Origin: Octopus sinensis
Taxonomy: Eukaryota
Direction of reading: 5' to 3'
Length of the DNA stretch: 64,000 bases
Assembly: GCF_006345805.1 (NCBI RefSeq)
Contig: NC_042999.1
Coordinates: 87,916,001 to 87,980,000 of the forward strand
The position numbers and the translations under genes are program-made. The notes under the pieces are model-generated. The model ran no database searches. It was not told where the DNA came from and saw only the letters and a program-made list of their open reading frames with translations. Every line of letters begins with the position of its first letter. The first letter of the stretch is position 1. Shown here one piece after another: positions 40,554 through 53,705 of this stretch.

Positions 40554-41659
40554 TTGAAATATTTATCTTAGCGAGGTTTAGCAATGTATGTATATAATTG
40601 TTGCTCGTTATGTACCTAATCTGCTCTCTTCACCACTATATTTGTACAAAATACCTATTCAATCATATCGATCGACGATAAAATACTACGCTAATCGATC
40701 CAGGCTGCTTTGTCGCCATCTGTAAGCAACGTGATCTTGAGCAAAGTGCTGCATTCATTAAAGTGAGATATGGTCAACTGCAAGGATGCAGCCACGTTTC
40801 TTACCTTTAATAAAGACAACCCTCCTTGATCATGACAAATAATAATAGTCAGAACACAATTAGCTCATAGCGCAAATTTGCAACCCACGATTTCTGACTG
40901 AACCCAATTTCACTTCAACTACGGCACAAAGGTATTTGAAAAAACATTGAATTCACATCAGCACGAAACACTCAAGATTTTATAGACCTTACACATAAAA
41001 TGTAATTATCGCAAGGTAAAATAAGTATCTGTCTTTAAAGTTTGAGGAAATATCTAACATAAAAGATATTGGTGTCTCAGCTTGGAAAACTATCTCACTA
41101 ATTTTTATATTTAATTTTAATCAATGTATTAGACAAAGTTCTGTTGTCATTCCTTGTCCCACATATTACTAAGCAAGGATTTGAAACTTAAATACAGTGA
41201 TTAATAATCTGGAAAATCTTAAAACATCTAACAATACCTAATATAAAAGTGTATTGATATACAGATATTCATTCTTTGCACCATCAAACTCTTAATGATT
41301 TGAAAGGCAGATATAAATATGTAAACGTGATTTTCCCCCTCAGTGCTTGTAATAACTCTTGAATAAGTGACTCTAAGTTATTTATATGAAATAATTTCTG
41401 AAATATAATTTAAATGAGGAATGAAATGCAAATACTTCTGTAAAAACATTTGAACTTTGAAATGTGAGGCGTCCAAATACATAATAACTCGTCATAAACT
41501 TATTTTTGTGTCATAGTTCGTTTAGGAAATACATACACAGCTATTATTATGTAGAAGAAATAATGCTGGTAATCAACTGTCTTACATCTAAATAGGCTTA
41601 CTTAAAAACATATACATTTAAACGACATAGGGGTGTCTGCATGCAATTACGTGTGTGTG

Positions 41660-41895
41660 CTAGTTGAGAAGAAATGCTGGGAACACTTCAAGTTCGTAGA
41701 AGAAAGGAAAGCACATTTTCGCGCCAATATACTGTCTGCTCAACACTTTACATTCTGAGTTCAAATCCCACTCATGTTAACTTTACTTACCATAATTCCA
41801 TCGTCGATAAAAATTTTACCAGGTCACGTACTGGAATCAATTGTATTAGCTTAAATCTACCTTTAAGTGTAATTGGTCTCGTACCTCAATAAGAA
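41660..41895 (+). mobile_element. SINE, diverged
   Basis: ctgagttcaaatccc B-box and gtactggaatcaattgtattagc body typical of the family. Confidence 0.6.
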
Positions 41896-43558
41896 ACATT
41901 GTTGTGTTTTCATATAGAACGTATAAAGGAACCAAGTAACGTCGGTGCTTAACCAAGTTATCCTTATGACTTGAACTGACCAATATCGGTTCCAAAAAAT
42001 TCTTACCCAGTAACCACTTTAAAATTTCTTTTGCCTTCCACTCACTCTAGGCTCATATTTCTGAGGATATGGGCACCTTCTGTGCCTGCAAAATTTTAAG
42101 GAGCTTAATCAAGTTGCTATTAAATACTGACAACTAAATGTAACTGCTCTCTTGTTTCGTTTATTGACCTACATGTATAACGGCTGCAAGGTCTGTCAAG
42201 TACTACCCATAGACGAGCGATAAAGCATTGAAGATGCAAAGACAACTACTTCTATGTGAAACATTCTACTGACATTTTACAAGATTTATTTCACACATCC
42301 TAGCGAGAAGACGGAAAATGCAATCAAGTCCATTCTTCTAGAACCTAACCTCCAGCACATCTGCAGGAAGATTCGAATTCAAGTTACGAAAAAAACCCTC
42401 TCAAAAAAAGAAATCTTGAGAGTTGCAAAGCTGAATTTAACATCATCAAAATGATCAGATTTCAGCATAGTAGTAATACCTTTCTAAAACTTTTAATTAA
42501 TTACATGGTACAATTCAAAGAAGCATTTGATGTGAATATTCTCACCAACAAAGCAAGGAACATATACCAAGCAAACACCAAACACAGTTTTTGTTATAAG
42601 CACCGTCACAAAAGATAACAAAAAACAAATATCTTAACATAAACCGATATGAACACCGAAGTGAAAAGGTTACCACCCGCCTAAAGAGAGAAAATCTTAT
42701 TGACTGCTTCACCATATAAACAAACGTATCTTCGATGATATCTTTGATATCAGAAAGATTACAAGATTGATTCAATAACAATAGAGAGCTATAGTAATTA
42801 ACTTGTAGCGTGACATCGAGAATACATCAGGTTGAAAAGACACTCAATTTGGTGTAGTTCATTTCTACTCTTCGATAGCGATACCCATTCCACCTGTCAT
42901 CCTAAAACTGTGCTTTGCATGAGAATGTCTATAGACATATATACACACATTCATGAATAATTAAACACTTATATACATACTTAATATTCCATACTGATAA
43001 TTTAGTTCCTCTACAATTTTGAAAAGTACTCAAACAAGCTCAAAGGTTATTGCAAGAATCAATTTATTCATATTCTTACATGATCACCGCTCTTTCAGCA
43101 AAGAGAATGACCTCTGAATTTCACCAGAGAAAATATCGTTTAAGAAACAGTGAATATGGTTAACTGATATTCCTTTTGTCGGGAGGTGAAGTGGAAAAAC
43201 GTTAAAGATGTTTTGTGGTCAAAGAAAAACAAAAGGAGATATAATGTCTATGAAATACATATAGAAGAAAATTAAGTGGTTATCAATCTCTAATTCCTAT
43301 ATTATCACTGTTATTATTTTTGTATGCATAACTATTATATTTTTCAGCTTTTCTCTTATAACTTGCTATAATTATTAGATTTATTTCTTTTTAATCTAAA
43401 ATCTGTTAATTGTGTAACGTACACATTTCATGCTTTTTACTTTGTATTATTTAAAAGTTACATTTAAACTGAAATTTTAATTTTAATATTATCTCCCCTT
43501 TAAAAAAAGAGGACTAGGAAAGTATAATAGACATGGAACAAAGTAATATTAAAAGAAA

Positions 43559-45574
43559 TAAGAGCACTCAAAGAGCGCAAACACTCCTCAAGGCAACACC
43601 AACTTCATTTCTTTTATTGAGCACATGGCTCTTATAGAGTTGGGGACAGTACAATGGCATACAATGGGGTACATAAACACACATATCGTATGAATTTATG
43701 GATACATGATAAACGAGGATGGAATGATTACCAGCCCCCCCCCCCCATAAGCAGACAGTTTCATTTTACTGTTTTTATATAACGTTTTACTAACAGTTCA
43801 ATATTCTGTCTTGAATCTTTTGGTTTTCCTTTTTTTTCCCCTCTTTTTTTCTTAGTCATTCATTATTCAATTCTTAAATTTCCTTACTTTCCTTCATTCA
43901 CATCAAATACTGCACTAAATCTTCGAATGCCACCACCGGCGGCAATTCATCAAAACTATACTGTACCGGTGTCACTTCTAACTTTTCACCAAACAATTCC
44001 TTTAAACCTTTTCCTCTTTTTTTTTCAGCAGAACAGCTTTCAAACCTACATTGATCTCGTTGGGTGGCAATTTAATTCTAATTACATTCTTCATTTTTGC
44101 AATCTGTTTTTCTATCTCTACACTTTGTGTATTGTATCATATTTCTTAATTGTTTTCCTTTCGGTGTCTCTCTGATTTTCTTCACCAATCTCTTCTACTG
44201 TTGCTGGTATTTCTATCTCTGTATGTCTCTCATTCTTTGTTGTTATCATTTCTCGATCATATTCCTTTTTCTTCTGTACTTTCGCCTCCGTGCTGGTTGT
44301 TGGTAATGGTCTCTGTTTTCGCTTTTCAACTTTGTCACTTTTGTTGGCCTTTCATTTTTTATCTGCTCGTTCGCTTCTCTTTGTTTCACGCTCTGCGTCT
44401 CCTCTCCATTTCCTTTTCTTTTCTTCCTAGAGCTTTTTGGTGGTGAGTCCGCGTTACTTTACTCCCTCTTCATCACTATGTACTGTTCTTCCATACTTTG
44501 CTCTTCTGCGGTTGAAACATCTTCTTCTTGTCCTTTCTCTATCCCCTCCTCTTCGTTTTTCTGGGGTAACTTAGCTTTCATGTGTCCCCGTACTCCACAT
44601 TGATAAGCATAATTTCTGAGGGTACTCTACCAACCCTTAATCTGGCTGCACATTCTGCCACATTAGGTTGGTAATAGCACCCACTCAGTTGATGTCAAAG
44701 GCATAGTGGAGTGTTTTATCGCTTCTTCTTCAGTCACGAAGCGTATCTCCACTGTGACGTATTTCTTTCCTCTAATGTAGCATGTCGTTAGCTCTTTAAC
44801 TTCTTTTAAGCATTCTTCAACCGCCTCCACTGCTGCAATTTGCACGTTTTTGTTGCAAGGAACAGCGTTCTATAAATCATTGTTTGTTTCTCTGTTTTTA
44901 CTAAGACTTCCTTAGGCGGAGTCAGCCTCAGGCTGTCTCCTTCCTTTCTCAATAATTCGTTATACTTCCTGAATTCAGTTTTGTTTAGTTCAATTTCTCT
45001 AACTTGCAGTATATCTGCTGTTAGACTCATGCCAGTTACTGCAACGTAACTGCCTGCTGGTGCTGGTTTACCTTCCATAATATTATCCACAACTTCACCC
45101 ATAAATGGGGAAGAAAAATAAAAATTCGAGCAATAATTCAGTAATATAACAGTTTAACAATAACAGTGTAACAATAATAAAACTCACATGGAACAAACAC
45201 ACCTCAGACGCAGCAGGGAATCAGATGAATCGATACAACACTAACGACAGTACGAACGTCCTCACAATGATTAGCTGGAGCTGATTTTTAAAATGAGGAT
45301 ATCTGAAATAAACTCGACTGCTCTCACAAACGAGAATACTAAAAATGATCCCGACCGCTCTCAAACATTAAGTAAGAAAAAAACAAAAAAAAAAAAACAG
45401 AAGAATAATCCAGAATCCTTGTCTGATATCGGATCGATCCTAAAATCTATTCAGTTCTTGCCAATCACAAGGCCAAACATAGAGAATCCATCTTGTGGTT
45501 CTTGAGATATCTTGTCCACGGACAAACAAATGCGACTGAAAAAACATACTCCCGCCTTCGCTAAGGCGGAGGTA
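43559..45574 (+). mobile_element. Interspersed element split in two (43559-43603 and ~45258-45574) by a LINE-derived insertion
   Basis: Left part ends caacaccaac and right part resumes (aac)gtcctc...; ends in the palindrome cgccttcgctaaggcg. The continuity rests on my recall of this repeat. Confidence 0.55.
43604..45254 (-). mobile_element. ORF1-only (HAL1-like) derivative of an L1/Tx1-type LINE
   Basis: 5' UTR, then frameshifted ORF1 (MGEVVDNIMEG...GKKYVTVEIRFVTEEEAIKHSTMPL...FEDLVQYLM*) homologous to ORF1 near 31900, then a 3' UTR ending aataaaagaaatgaa; no endonuclease or RT motifs seen. Confidence 0.7.
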
Positions 45575-46019
45575 ATAGTGTGAAAAATTATAATGATAAT
45601 CATTAAATTTACATTCCTCAAAATTTTATATTTCTTTTTAAACAGTTATCCTTAAAGTTTGAATATCAATTTTAATACTATCGCTTTATTTTAAATTTTG
45701 CTCAGCAGTTCTTTTCTCATTACATCTATATTATATGTTTTCTCAATGGTAACGACTTGTAATTTCATGTTCCTTTTTTCTTTTTTCCTCATTGTAATGT
45801 TTTTCTCTCTTAAGTATTTTCTCTTCGTTACTTTATTTTTTCTGTTTCCTTCACTCCATTTTCCCCTAATATTCACATCTTATGTTTTTTCTCCTATCTC
45901 TTTTCCCCCATTTACCTTCATTTACTATCTGAGATGGAGTTCATTAATTGTATAATTTCTTCATATTTTCTCGCTTTCTCGTAAACACACACACACTATA
46001 TATTTTCTCTTTTATGCCT

Positions 46020-46404
46020 TGGTTACCAGCCACATGGTTCCGGGCTCAGTCCCACTGCGTTGCACCTTGGGCAAGTGTCTTCTACTATAGCATCGGGCCG
46101 GCCAAAGCCTTGTGAGTGGATTTGGTAGACGGAAACTGAAAAGAAGCCCGTCGTATATATGTATATGTATATATATGTGTGTTTGTGTGTCTGTGTTTGT
46201 CCTCCCAACGTCGTTTGACAACCAATGTTGGTGTGTTTACGTCCCCGTAAGTTAGCGGTTCGGCAAAAGAAACCGAGAAAATAAGTACTAGGCTTACAAA
46301 GAATAAGTCCTGCGGTCGATTTGCTCGACTAAAGGCGGTGCTCCAGCATGACCACAGTCAAATGACTGAAACAAGTAAAAGAGTAAAAAAGTAAAAAAGA
46401 GAGA
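46020..46404 (+). mobile_element. SINE (head partly truncated)
   Basis: Reverse complement of the 11628-12030 family, with an A-rich (gtaaaa) tail. Confidence 0.85.
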
Positions 46405-46459
<55 letters not shown>

Positions 46460-47056
46460 TCTATGTATGTGTACGTATACACTCATTCATTCGTATAAAT
46501 ATATATACATTTTACACACGTACATATATACGTTGTCGATTGTAAAACGTCAGCCCCCTTCCACAGTTAAATAATTGTAGCCCTAAAGTTTCTCTCGTAC
46601 CTGCTACCAGTACTATCATTGATGCATATATTTGTATCAAAATGCAAACTGTACTTTCAGTGCAGCTTTACTGACTCGCCTCCTCTCATACTTATCCACC
46701 CACCCCTTACTTACCTTGTCATCAACTTCCTTATCTCCCCTTGTCTGCCTTTCCGCTAGCATCACCCCCGCCTTTACTTATGTCACCTCTACCTCGCTCT
46801 CATTCATTTTCTCCTAGAACATTTCGTAAATTCTTCTTACCGTCTCATTAGCTTCCTCTTTCCATCACCTTCCCTCACGCTATCAGTTTGCTTCCGACTT
46901 AGATCTTTGACGCCAACATCCTCTTATCACTTTCTCGTCTTCGACAACAGGGGAAACAAATTCATTCATTTCCCAGTTTCTGATAAATACATTTGCTGAT
47001 TAAGCTTAGCGGATATTCTCTTTTCTAAAACAGCGGTGGTCATGTTGTTTAGTATC

Positions 47057-47057
47057 A

Positions 47058-47090
<33 letters not shown>

Positions 47091-47121
47091 CACATTCACA
47101 CACAAACACACACACACACAC

Positions 47122-47180
<59 letters not shown>

Positions 47181-47224
47181 TGTATGTATGTATGTATGTA
47201 TGTATGTATGTATGTATGTATGTA

Positions 47225-47269
<45 letters not shown>

Positions 47270-47280
47270 GTGTGTGTGTC
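47057..47280. repeat. Compound (CA)n/(TA)n/(TATG)n microsatellite
   Basis: Direct inspection. Confidence 0.95.
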
Positions 47281-49755
47281 ATTATGAACAGATGTTCCAG
47301 TTTTGTATATTTTGCGGTTGATTTGGAACGATAAATTTCCTGCATCTACAATCAACTTTTCTAGATCTTTACGGTAATATCAGATACCAAATATATTTGT
47401 CTTCTGTTTTGCTTAATTTATAGTAGTGGAGTTAATGTAGACTTTGTCGCCCAGAAGTATGACCGTTATGCTTCCATGTCATGAGCCATAGATTAGCTTT
47501 TTCCGTATGTATTTGTGAGCTTATGTTGGCATTGTATTGTGATGTGAATATTGTTTCTATGATTAATGGGTTAATTTTGTGGGAAATTTTATATAGTATG
47601 GATAGTTTGCACAGTACATTTTGCTATAAAAATTTCGACTATATATTTTTGTAAGGATTGTCATTTATTTCGAAGTTTTGGTATCATCAAACTGTCTGAT
47701 GATGGCTTCAAATGCAATCTTTTCCTTCAAAAATTTTAATATGTGCCCCACTAGAAAGGATTGAAAGATCCACCAGTTCGATGCTAAATCGAGTTCTATA
47801 TATACTTCACATTAAAACAAACAATGTTCATAAAAATTTAAGGTGGTGAGCTGCCCGAAACGTTAGTACGCCGGACAAAATGCTTGGCGTATTCGTTCGT
47901 CTTTACGTTATGATTAGGGATTCCGCAGAAGTCGACTCTGGTTTTCATCATTTTTTGGGGTCAATGAAATAAGTAGTAGTCGAGTACTGGGGTAATTTAA
48001 TACACTTTCCCCACTTTCCCAAGATTGCTGGCCTTGTGCCAAAATTGAAACCAATGTGTGTGTGTGTGTGTGCGTGCGTGCGTGTGTGCGTCCATGCGTG
48101 CGTGCGTGCGTGCATGTCTGTGTTCGTATGCATGCGTATTTAATGAAGTGGTGGTGTTTTCCTGCTTTGATTACATTGTTCAAGATAGTACTAGAATATA
48201 GTTAATATGTTCTAAAGCGATCTTAACTGAAAAGAAGCCTCACCTGAAATATCGCACAACACAAAGTCTTTGACTTTATTAAGTATAACCCTGATAATTT
48301 AGTAGCTTTTTTTGTAACGCTGTTGGAATATGGTTTGTTAAGTGTGATAGTGTTATTTATTTACTTAATTTGTAGATTTTTCTTCTAAAAGCATTCAAAA
48401 TTAATATCATTTTCCATCCGTAGTTAAATGGTGTGACATCCTCTTTTAAAAGGGTACTATTCTGTTGTCTTCCCTTTTGTTAATTATCCGCAAGCAGAAC
48501 TGCATGAGATATTCTACTTCATATTGAGATGAGTAGGAAAATATCGATAATGGAAATCGTTGCAACTTCAACTACAGTTTTGTTCTGCTTTCAAAAGTGT
48601 TTAATTATTCTCTCTTTCACGCTCTAGATGTATCAAAATAATGTAGTAGAATAAAATTTATTTCAGGTCATGCGAATTCATATTTCGTGTACAACCGTGT
48701 TCTCAACCTATTTTACATTAGATATTGGATTGATTCGGTATACTTCCCTTTGAGAGAATAAAAGAGCGTGTTTTATGTAGTTGTATTTAATATTTTTATT
48801 TCCTTTTATTGTTTAGTTAGGGAAGGAGGTTCTGTAGCCATTATTGATTTGTATTTTTCAAGTATCTCCGAAATTGATGGGAGGATGTGTAGAAGTATTC
48901 CTCCGACAAGAGGACTATCCCGAATGTGAAAGAGCCTTTTCAAGGTGATACGCTAATGGCACTTTAGTGATGGGTAGACTTTTTAAGCTGGACGATAGTT
49001 GAAGCCAGCCGCTCACTCATTCAAAACCAAAAAGAGCCTAGATAAATAATGCAAGGCATTTTTGGCTATCATATCTATAATTTCACCATCTAGCACTGAT
49101 AGTATTTTCTATCGATGCTGAAATGATAAAAGACAAAGTTTATTTCGACGAAATTTTTGAAGTTGAAACACAACGAACAGGTACATATAACGCAAAACAT
49201 TTTATTCATCTCTCTCTAAGGACTCTGGCAGGTCTTCGCTTTAAAATGAAATTGTGTAAATTGTCATTTCTGTGACTGTCAATATCATACACGATACATG
49301 TATGACAACAAATTAACGATCGTGAAGAATTCTTGGTGGCTAAATTATCGCTTACTTAGTGAACATGTTACTAGCCAAAACAACTTAAAATCCGCTTGGT
49401 GATAACAATACCTCGTGTTCCTCTTTTCAATTTCAATTTTTGCACTTGAAGTATTAATGTGCTTGCTATCGCTACTATTCAAACGTTAGCTTTTATTTCC
49501 TTAATAATTTAATAATTATTCAACTATTAAAACACACACATACCTATACACAGACACATACACACATATTAATGTTTGTTTTCATGTTCAGTTATAATAA
49601 AAACAATTTTATTCTTAAACAAGATTATTACGTATAGTGCCTTCGAAGCTTCGGCTTAACTTTCTGTCTTCAGGTTATATATACATATTCCAGTGTGCAT
49701 ATATATAAATATATATATATATATTTATTTAAAAGCAGCAGAAATATATCAAATG

Positions 49756-49793
49756 CTGTTACTCAGAGTTTCATGTTCCCGTTCGTCGGACAG
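49756..49793 (-). ncRNA. Minimal hammerhead-like motif (C4 variant)
   Basis: Stem I CTGT/ACAG; core CCGACGA; stem II ACG-GGAA-CAT with one mismatch; GAAA; stem III ACTC-T-GAGT; triplet GTA. Confidence 0.55.
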
Positions 49794-49832
49794 GTTATAT
49801 ATATATGTATATATATATATAATATATATATA

Positions 49833-49891
<59 letters not shown>

Positions 49892-51924
49892 CATTACAAG
49901 ACTATATGCTATTCAATACAATTATTTCGACGAGAATGTATATACATATGCATATCTACATCCATATGGGTATATGTACGTGTATATGTGTGTACATATA
50001 TATTTACATTGTATATACGTTCTCACACACATATACATATATGTACATATATATATATATATATATATGTATACACACACACATATATATATACAATAAA
50101 TATATTTATCCCAAGATAGCTAGCCATTTCCTTTGATAGAATAAATATTCAAATACGGGAATGATTTGAAATTATTTTCGAACGATTAATTCAGATCAAA
50201 AGAGAAAATATACGTTCTCTATGATATTTTCAATAATTTTCGGAAATATAAAGTCTAAATTTGGAATATTTTTTCTTTGTATTTGGGTGTTTTTCTTTCT
50301 TTCCTCCATGAATGGAACTTTACCGAAAGGAAATAATGAAAATAAATTACGAATATAATTAATTCAGATGTCCTAAATTTAGTAATGCCGTATTTTAAAA
50401 TTTAGATTTACATCTGAAACTTGTCCAATTCTTGTTTTACTTATTAGATAATTGTGATATATTTTATTCTTCAAAATGTCAATTTTTATATGCAGCTCAC
50501 TGTAATCCGATGACGCTTTCTAATAACCTTAAGATACCAATTTTGCTTTGCTAACATGACTAAGGCTGTATATAGATCTAATTTTATTTTTATAGTCAAA
50601 TCATGAAGACTATTCCCAATTATAATCTTGTTGAATTTGATATTTTTTGTCTTGCTATATATCATATATTTGTTTCTTGTTACTGCATAAAACTTTGACG
50701 GCGGAAAAGAATTTTTTTATCTGTCAGGAATCATATTTTTATGGGGCAGTTTCTACGTAAAAAAACTCTGTTGAAATGAATTGTCTTAACAATACTACAG
50801 TTAAATTTGCAACCATATTTGTTAGAAAATTGAAAACAGAATATAGTAAATTTATATTTGATCATGTATGTGTAACATGTTAGAGAATTCAACACATGCA
50901 CCAAGATTTTCTTATTTTTAATTCTACGTCATAGAACAAATAAACAAATCTTAAGTTTTCATTTATAAAGATGCATTCATCTTAGCGAGCATTAAAATGT
51001 CAAAATTTTTGTGTGCGTAATATCTGTATACTCTAGCGGCTAATAGTTAAAATCTAATATTATACAAATTATCGAACAAGATTGACGAATAGCTTATGAT
51101 GTACTTAAACCAGTTTTCATTCATACAGAATACTCTACGTACATAGACGTTTCTCAAATCTATAGTTGCCATATGTTAGAGACCGTAACTCGTATTGTAA
51201 AAGTTGTATCGTCTAGACAAATGTGTCCCTTGTAAGATAATATTAAGGATTCAATGAAGAATATCGGATGTGGAATAAAATGAAACCTATTGTATCCTTA
51301 ATCTTTAAACGGCGGACACTATCAATTGATGTTTCAAAATATTTTACATTGATACGGCCATCATCAACATAAAAGTGAATGCTTTACGGCACCTTTCGAT
51401 ATTGTGTGAGAGACTGACAGTGATTGTAATTTTTGTACTTATTTAAAGAGAAAATAAGCATAAGAATTACCCTTAAAAAAGATATTTGTTTTGTTTTTTA
51501 GCTGTTTGGCACACACATTCACGCAACTCTTTCTCTCTATTTAAAGGGTAGTGAGTAGGTACATGTCCACAATTCGATAATGATATTTCTTAGCAACTGG
51601 TAAGCTTCTCGTAATCAGAGATATGTATCCAATTATCCAAGATTACACCACCGTTTTCAATGTTAATTCGAGAAAGTTACGAACATCATATCTTACATTT
51701 TCATCTCATATCAATCGTAAGTCCTTTGAATGTGAGCAAGACAATTAACTCGATTTATTTTAATTTTCCTTGTTTAACAAAGAATGCTTTTTTTCTAGAT
51801 CATATTTGAGGCTATGAATGTGTATATAAAAATGGTTTACCGTTAACATTTTATGAGCATATATCAAAGTTAACTTTTAAAAATAAAAAACTAATTAAAA
51901 TTCATCCTCCTCTTGCTTGCTGTT

Positions 51925-51970
51925 AACACAACGTTTCGGCTGATATACCCTCCAGCCTTCATCAGATGTC
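51925..51970 (-). ncRNA. Type I minimal hammerhead ribozyme (inverted partner of 52365)
   Basis: GACAT-CTGATGA-A-GGCTG...CAGCC-GAAA-CG-TT-GTGTT; stem I pairs with two G-U wobbles. Confidence 0.7.
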
Positions 51971-52019
51971 TTGGGGAAATTTCGAACCTGGGTTCTCATT
52001 CCTAAGGTATTTTTCGATG

Positions 52020-52124
52020 TTGTTGTTGTTGTTGTTGTTGGTGTTCTTCTTCTTCTTCTTCTTCTCTTCTTCTTCTTCTTCTTCTTCTTCTTCTTCTTCT
52101 TCTTCTTCTTCTCTTCTTCTTCTT

Positions 52125-52187
<63 letters not shown>

Positions 52188-52200
52188 TATTATTATTATA
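52020..52200. repeat. (GTT)n(CTT)n(TTA)n compound microsatellite between the inverted arms
   Basis: Direct inspection. Confidence 0.95.
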
Positions 52201-52202
52201 AT

Positions 52203-52495
52203 GGGCATATGGTGTAGTGGTTACGAGTGTGGGCTACTAACCCCCAGATTCCGTGTTCGATTCCAGGCAGTAACATGAATAACAACAACAACAATAATAA
52301 TAATAATGATAATAACATCGAAAAATACCTTAGGAATGAGAACCCAGGTTTGAAATTTCCCCCAAACACCTGATGAAGGCTGGAAGGTATATCAGCCGAA
52401 ACGTTGTGTTAACAACAAACAAGATGAGGACAAATATCCGCCAAATGTAAATAATGTACATAATTCCTTATCTTTTAAATATAGAACTGTATTAA
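52203..52495 (+). mobile_element. Solo tRNA-headed, hammerhead-containing unit (Penelope pLTR-derived, SINE-like)
   Basis: tRNA-like head 52203-52271, (AAY)n, hammerhead 52365-52410, AT-rich tail; same order as 4862-5330. Confidence 0.78.
52365..52410 (+). ncRNA. Type I minimal hammerhead ribozyme, predicted cleavage after T52405
   Basis: Stem I AACAC/GTGTT; CTGATGA plus an extra A; stem II GGCTG/CAGCC; GAAA; loopless palindromic stem III (AACGTT); triplet GTT. Confidence 0.75.
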
Positions 52496-52854
52496 GAAAA
52501 ATTAGTTTTAAAAACATTTATCGAAAACAACATTTTTTAACATATACTTAATATTAATATATTAAAATATTTACAAATGCTAATTTCTGGAAACATTTTC
52601 TGCAATATTCAATCAGAATCTGGTTGTTAATTGAATTGATTACTACTCGCTTATCAAATAATATTAATTAACAGAGAAAGTAAACAGTATAGATTTTACA
52701 ACTTTCAATATTTGCTATCATGTTCATCTTGTTAGCATGTTATCACTGTGGTTTGGAAAAGTGTAAATAATCTTTACAGGTAATCACAATTTCAAATAAC
52801 TGAATGAAATTCCAAATATTTGTGATGATTTATTCTCCAGAAATTACTTCCAAA

Positions 52855-53032
52855 ATATTGGTTTCAAATTTTGACACAAGGCCAGCAATTTCCATGGAGC
52901 GGTAAGTCGATTACATCGACCCCAGTGCTCAACTGGTACTTATATTATCGACCCCGGAAGGATGAAAGGCAAAGTCGACCTTGGCAAAACTTGAACTCAA
53001 GTCGCACTAACGATTCTGCCAGCTCGCCACCT
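52855..53032 (-). mobile_element. SINE
   Basis: gtaagtcgattacatcgaccccagtgctcaactggtac...gccagctcgccacctt family motifs. Confidence 0.8.
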
Positions 53033-53231
53033 TAATTACTTCCAAAATATTGACAGAGATATATTTTACTTACCAACTTGCGCGGAAAATAAATCAACAA
53101 GCAGAATAGCTCAGTATTACAACATTTGTTTTTTTTTTACCTACAGATCTAAACAAGATTTATTTCGCAATTCTTTTTTATGCGTACTTTGTAAAATAAC
53201 TATAAATAACAATGGGGTATATCTAGTAAAT

Positions 53232-53442
53232 AAGGCGGCGAGCTGGCAGAAACGTTAGCACGCTGGGCGAAATGCTTAGCGGTCTGGCGTTACGTTCTGA
53301 GTTCAAATTCGCCGAGGTCGATTTTGCCTTTCATCCTTTCGGGTTCGATAAATTAAGTACCAGTTACGCACTGGAGTCGATATAATCGACTTAATCTGTT
53401 TGTCCTCTCTGTGTTTATCCCCTTGTGGGTAGTAAAGAAATA
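53232..53442 (+). mobile_element. SINE with a perfect 16-bp target-site duplication
   Basis: GGTATATCTAGTAAAT at 53216-53231 and 53443-53458. Confidence 0.9.
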
Positions 53443-53705
53443 GGTATATCTAGTAAATTCCAAAGAAAAACATTCGGCTATAAATGAATTTTTGCTTCAA
53501 AAAAGAAAAGAAAAAATTGAAGCTTATGAAAAATTTAAGAGCAATCCGAAATGTGTACTGGAGAGATAAGTTCAGAACAACTTGACTTTTGGACGCTTTT
53601 GGACTGGAGAAAGCATGTTTTTAAAAATAATGATTATCACATAATAATTTTTTTTATGACAAACCCATTTCTATCTTTACTTGAAACAATTATCCATCAT
53701 TCATA

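Noticed and set aside
42320-42470. Plus-strand open frame EKTENAIKSILLEPNLQHICRKIRIQ... after an acceptor-like site
   Set aside because: No homology recognised and no linked exons; indistinguishable from chance or TE decay.
47690-47790. Hammerhead start CTGATGA-TGG with a possible long stem II
   Set aside because: The GAAA core is missing after ATCC; at best a dead relic.
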